From: Deinococcus radiodurans R1 = ATCC 13939 = DSM 20539
Lineage (GTDB): Bacteria > Deinococcota > Deinococci > Deinococcales > Deinococcaceae
Length of the DNA stretch: 32,000 nt
Direction of reading: 5' to 3'
Assembly: GCF_000008565.1 (NCBI RefSeq)
Contig: NC_001263.1
Location: 917,066-949,065 of the forward strand
Part shown: positions 26,966-32,000 of the stretch, in pieces
Layout: each line of letters begins with the position of its first letter
Numbering within the stretch: the stretch's first letter is position 1
Made by a program: the position numbers and the translations under genes
Notes under the pieces: model-generated
What the model saw: only the letters and a program-made list of their open reading frames with translations
The model's database searches: none
Told to the model about the DNA's origin: nothing

Positions 26966-27937
26966 ATGACGGCACAGACGGTGACGGGCGCAGTCGCGGC
27001 GGCTCAACTCGGAGCGACGCTGCCCCACGAACACGTGATTTTCGGCTACCCCGGCTACGCGGGCGACGTGACGCTCGGGCCATTCGACCACGCGGCAGCG
27101 CTCGCAAGCTGCACCGAAACGGCGCGGGCGCTGCTGGCGCGCGGTATTCAGACGGTGGTGGACGCCACCCCCAACGACTGCGGACGCAACCCGGCCTTCC
27201 TGCGCGAGGTGAGCGAGGCAACCGGCCTCCAGATTCTGTGCGCGACCGGCTTTTATTACGAGGGCGAGGGCGCCACGACCTACTTCAAGTTCCGCGCTTC
27301 TCTGGGTGACGCCGAAAGCGAAATCTACGAGATGATGCGGACCGAGGTGACCGAGGGCATCGCCGGCACCGGCATCCGCGCCGGGGTCATCAAGCTGGCG
27401 AGCAGCCGCGACGCCATCACCCCCTACGAGCAACTGTTTTTCCGGGCGGCGGCGCGGGTGCAGCGCGAAACCGGCGTGCCGATCATCACCCACACTCAGG
27501 AAGGCCAGCAGGGACCGCAGCAAGCCGAGCTGCTGACCTCGCTCGGCGCGGACCCGGCGCGCATCATGATCGGGCACATGGACGGCAACACCGACCCGGC
27601 CTACCACCGCGAGACGCTGCGCCACGGCGTGAGCATCGCCTTTGACCGCATCGGCTTGCAGGGCATGGTGGGCACCCCCACCGACGCCGAGCGGCTAAGC
27701 GTGCTGACCACGCTGCTCGGCGAGGGCTACGCCGACCGGCTGCTGCTCTCGCACGACAGCATCTGGCACTGGCTGGGACGCCCGCCGGCCATCCCCGAAG
27801 CCGCCTTGCCCGCCGTCAAGGACTGGCACCCTCTCCACATCTCCGACGACATCTTGCCTGATCTGCGGCGCCGGGGCATCACCGAGGAGCAGGTGGGGCA
27901 GATGACGGTGGGCAACCCGGCCCGGCTGTTCGGGTAA
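26966..27937 (+). CDS. Phosphotriesterase-like lactonase (amidohydrolase superfamily; Dr0930-type)
   Basis: ATG 26966 is preceded by AGGAGG at 26953-26958. The N-terminus is MTAQTVTGAV...LPHEHVIFGYPGYAGD, which includes the His-x-His metal site. The product is 323 aa. The ORF track start at 26927 adds 13 residues with no Shine-Dalgarno sequence. Confidence 0.95.
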   Translation: MTAQTVTGAVAAAQLGATLPHEHVIFGYPGYAGDVTLGPFDHAAALASCTETARALLARGIQTVVDATPNDCGRNPAFLREVSEATGLQILCATGFYYEGEGATTYFKFRASLGDAESEIYEMMRTEVTEGIAGTGIRAGVIKLASSRDAITPYEQLFFRAAARVQRETGVPIITHTQEGQQGPQQAELLTSLGADPARIMIGHMDGNTDPAYHRETLRHGVSIAFDRIGLQGMVGTPTDAERLSVLTTLLGEGYADRLLLSHDSIWHWLGRPPAIPEAALPAVKDWHPLHISDDILPDLRRRGITEEQVGQMTVGNPARLFG

Positions 27938-27960
27938 CGCGCTTTCGAGGGTAAATAATA

Positions 27961-27997
27961 AAGCGGCACCGGGAAGACATTCTCCCTGGTGCCGCTT
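27961..27997. terminator. Bidirectional terminator hairpin between the lactonase gene and the convergent membrane-protein gene
   Basis: AAGCGGCACCGGGA (27961-27974) pairs with TCCCTGGTGCCGCTT (27983-27997) with one mismatch. AAATAATAA lies on one side, giving a T-run on the minus strand, and GTGTTG lies on the other. Confidence 0.65.
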
Positions 27998-28010
27998 GTG
28001 TTGCTGAAAC

Positions 28011-28609
28011 TCAGTGGCCGTTCTGTCCAGCGCGCTCGCTCTGGAGCCTGCCACCGCCGAGCGCGTCTTCGAGGCGCACCGCGCGCTGCGGCGCATGATG
28101 CTCAGGGCTTCGTCGGCGCGCTGGCCGTTGGGGTCACGGGCGATGACCAGGGTCAGGCCGTTCTTGATGCCCTGGCCGAAGCGCTCGGCCTGCTCGGCGG
28201 GCACGCCCATGCGGCGCAGCAGCCGCACGTGGTCGCCGTGGTCACTGCCGGCGAGCGCGCCGAACAGCAGGCCCATGCCGGCGGTCCCGATGGTCACGAG
28301 GATCATCGCCATCAAGGCGCCGTTGCTGTAGATGCGGGTGTCGGGAATCAGGCGCAGCAGCACCCACACGGGGATCATCACGGCAATGCCGATCAGGGCG
28401 CCGTAGAGCGTGCCCTTGATGGCCGTGCCCGAGCCGCCCGGCGCGCCGGCTTCGGGGCTGATGCCGGTGGCCTGCGCGATGTCGTTTTCGGCCACCACGT
28501 CGGACAGGGCAAAACCGAGACGCTCGCGCTCGAAACCTCGCGCCTGCAAGGCGTCAAGCGCCTGCCGGGCCTGTGCGGGATCGGGAAAAAGGGCAACGAC
28601 GCTTTCCAT
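28011..28609 (-). CDS. Small membrane protein with stress-protein-like soluble domains; the 3' end is frame-shifted in this sequence (the uninterrupted ORF runs on to 27695)
   Basis: The N-terminus is MESVVALFPDPAQARQALDALQARGF. Two hydrophobic helices follow, then ...RRMGVPAEQAERFGQGIKNGLTLVIARDP. After about 28085 the sensible ending AVRLEDALGGGRLQSERAGQNGH-stop (TGA at 28013-28011) is in the -1 frame, just upstream of the terminator hairpin. The product name is a loose guess. Confidence 0.6.
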
Positions 28610-28719
28610 ACCTGTTTTTTAGCATGTCATGAGTGCCCGGTGCGAGGGACAGGGCGGCAGCGCCCGAAGGTGCCATTTGCCCTGCTCTCATAGGCCCGGC
28701 GCTCCCTATACTTGCCCGC

Positions 28720-29736
<1,017 letters not shown>

Positions 29737-29810
29737 GTCGGCTGAATTGACCGGGCTGAGGCAGGTCGTATGGAACCGCTCCCACACCCCGCGCCGTATC
29801 CTGTCCGGCG

Positions 29811-31745
<1,935 letters not shown>

Positions 31746-31793
31746 TTCCCGTCCCACTCATCAACCTTGCTTGTGGTATGCTCAACTTCGCTT

Positions 31794-32000
31794 ATGGGTT
31801 CGGACGCCAAACATCGCCCTGTCTACGTCATCTCGGTGGCGGCGGAACTGGTGGACATGCATCCCCAGACGCTGCGGCTGTATGAGCGCAAAGGGCTGAT
31901 TCGTCCGGGACGTTCGAGCGGCAAAACCCGGCTGTATTCCGAGCGCGACATCGAGCACCTGCGCGAAATCCGGCGGCTGACCCAGGAACTCGGCGTCAAC
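31794..32000 (+). CDS. hspR: MerR-family heat-shock repressor HspR (3' end beyond the window)
   Basis: This is not in the ORF track because it has no stop in the window. ATG 31794 gives [69 protein letters not shown], a MerR HTH of the HspR type. TGgTATGCT lies 11 nt upstream. Confidence 0.85.
   Translation, partial: MGSDAKHRPVYVISVAAELVDMHPQTLRLYERKGLIRPGRSSGKTRLYSERDIEHLREIRRLTQELGVN

Noticed and set aside
27695-28010. A genuine 243-nt coding overlap between the 304-aa minus-strand ORF and the 3' end of the lactonase gene.
   Set aside because: The overlapping tail crosses a strong terminator hairpin and has off-frame-like composition. A one-base shift gives a clean stop 14 nt upstream of the hairpin.
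31746-31793. An HspR-associated inverted repeat (HAIR, CTTGAGT-n7-ACTCAAG) upstream of hspR.
   Set aside because: No such inverted repeat is present. Only an extended -10-like TGgTATGCT was seen.

Overview
The window is a very GC-rich bacterial chromosomal segment that I recognise as Deinococcus, almost certainly D. radiodurans. The evidence is recognition from memory, not a search. The product of 26966-27937 reads like the characterised Dr0930 phosphotriesterase-like lactonase. The product of 29811-31745 reads like the Deinococcus amylosucrase, and 25668-26459 reads like the third EndoIII paralogue. The intergenic small non-coding repeats are also typical of that genome.

Gene order:
- LysM/phosphodiester-glycosidase protein (5' partial, +)
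- rpoC and rpoB (-)
- RsmC-like methyltransferase (+)
- primary sigma factor sigA (+)
- translationally coupled DUF4129 membrane protein / MoxR AAA+ ATPase / DUF58 operon (+)
- repeat-rich intergenic island holding one small, very acidic ORF (+)
- Cys/Met PLP enzyme (-)
- tRNA-His and tRNA-Leu (-)
- acyl-CoA dehydrogenase (+)
- DUF427 (-)
- PhoU-like DUF47 plus PiT phosphate transporter (+)
- NatAB-like ABC-2 exporter (-)
- EndoIII-like glycosylase (+)
- acylphosphatase (-)
- phosphotriesterase-like lactonase (+)
- small membrane stress-type protein (-)
- polyprenyl diphosphate synthase (+)
- amylosucrase (+)
- start of hspR (+, 3' partial)

I see no CRISPR array, transposase, integrase, phage gene or recognisable defence or toxin-antitoxin module. 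I cannot honestly point to a convincing new multi-gene system, because this is mainly core genome.

The most noteworthy observations are:
1. Four single-base reading-frame breaks, all in the same direction, affect three otherwise intact genes (sigA, the methyltransferase and the membrane protein).
2. A roughly 180-residue Ala/Lys/Pro histone-H1-like tail appears to belong to SigA once its frame is repaired.
3. A mosaic repeat island contains a nested MITE-like insertion and an acidic-protein gene cassette bounded by identical 11-mers.
4. A second hairpin repeat family sits between convergent gene pairs.
5. An 11-bp-phased, Pho-box-like triple direct repeat lies upstream of the pit operon.
6. 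A perfect AT-rich palindrome overlaps the natA promoter.
7. A -10 box lies 5-9 nt upstream of the start codon at many genes, which suggests a pervasive leaderless architecture.

All long ORFs antisense to the real genes are GC-content artefacts.
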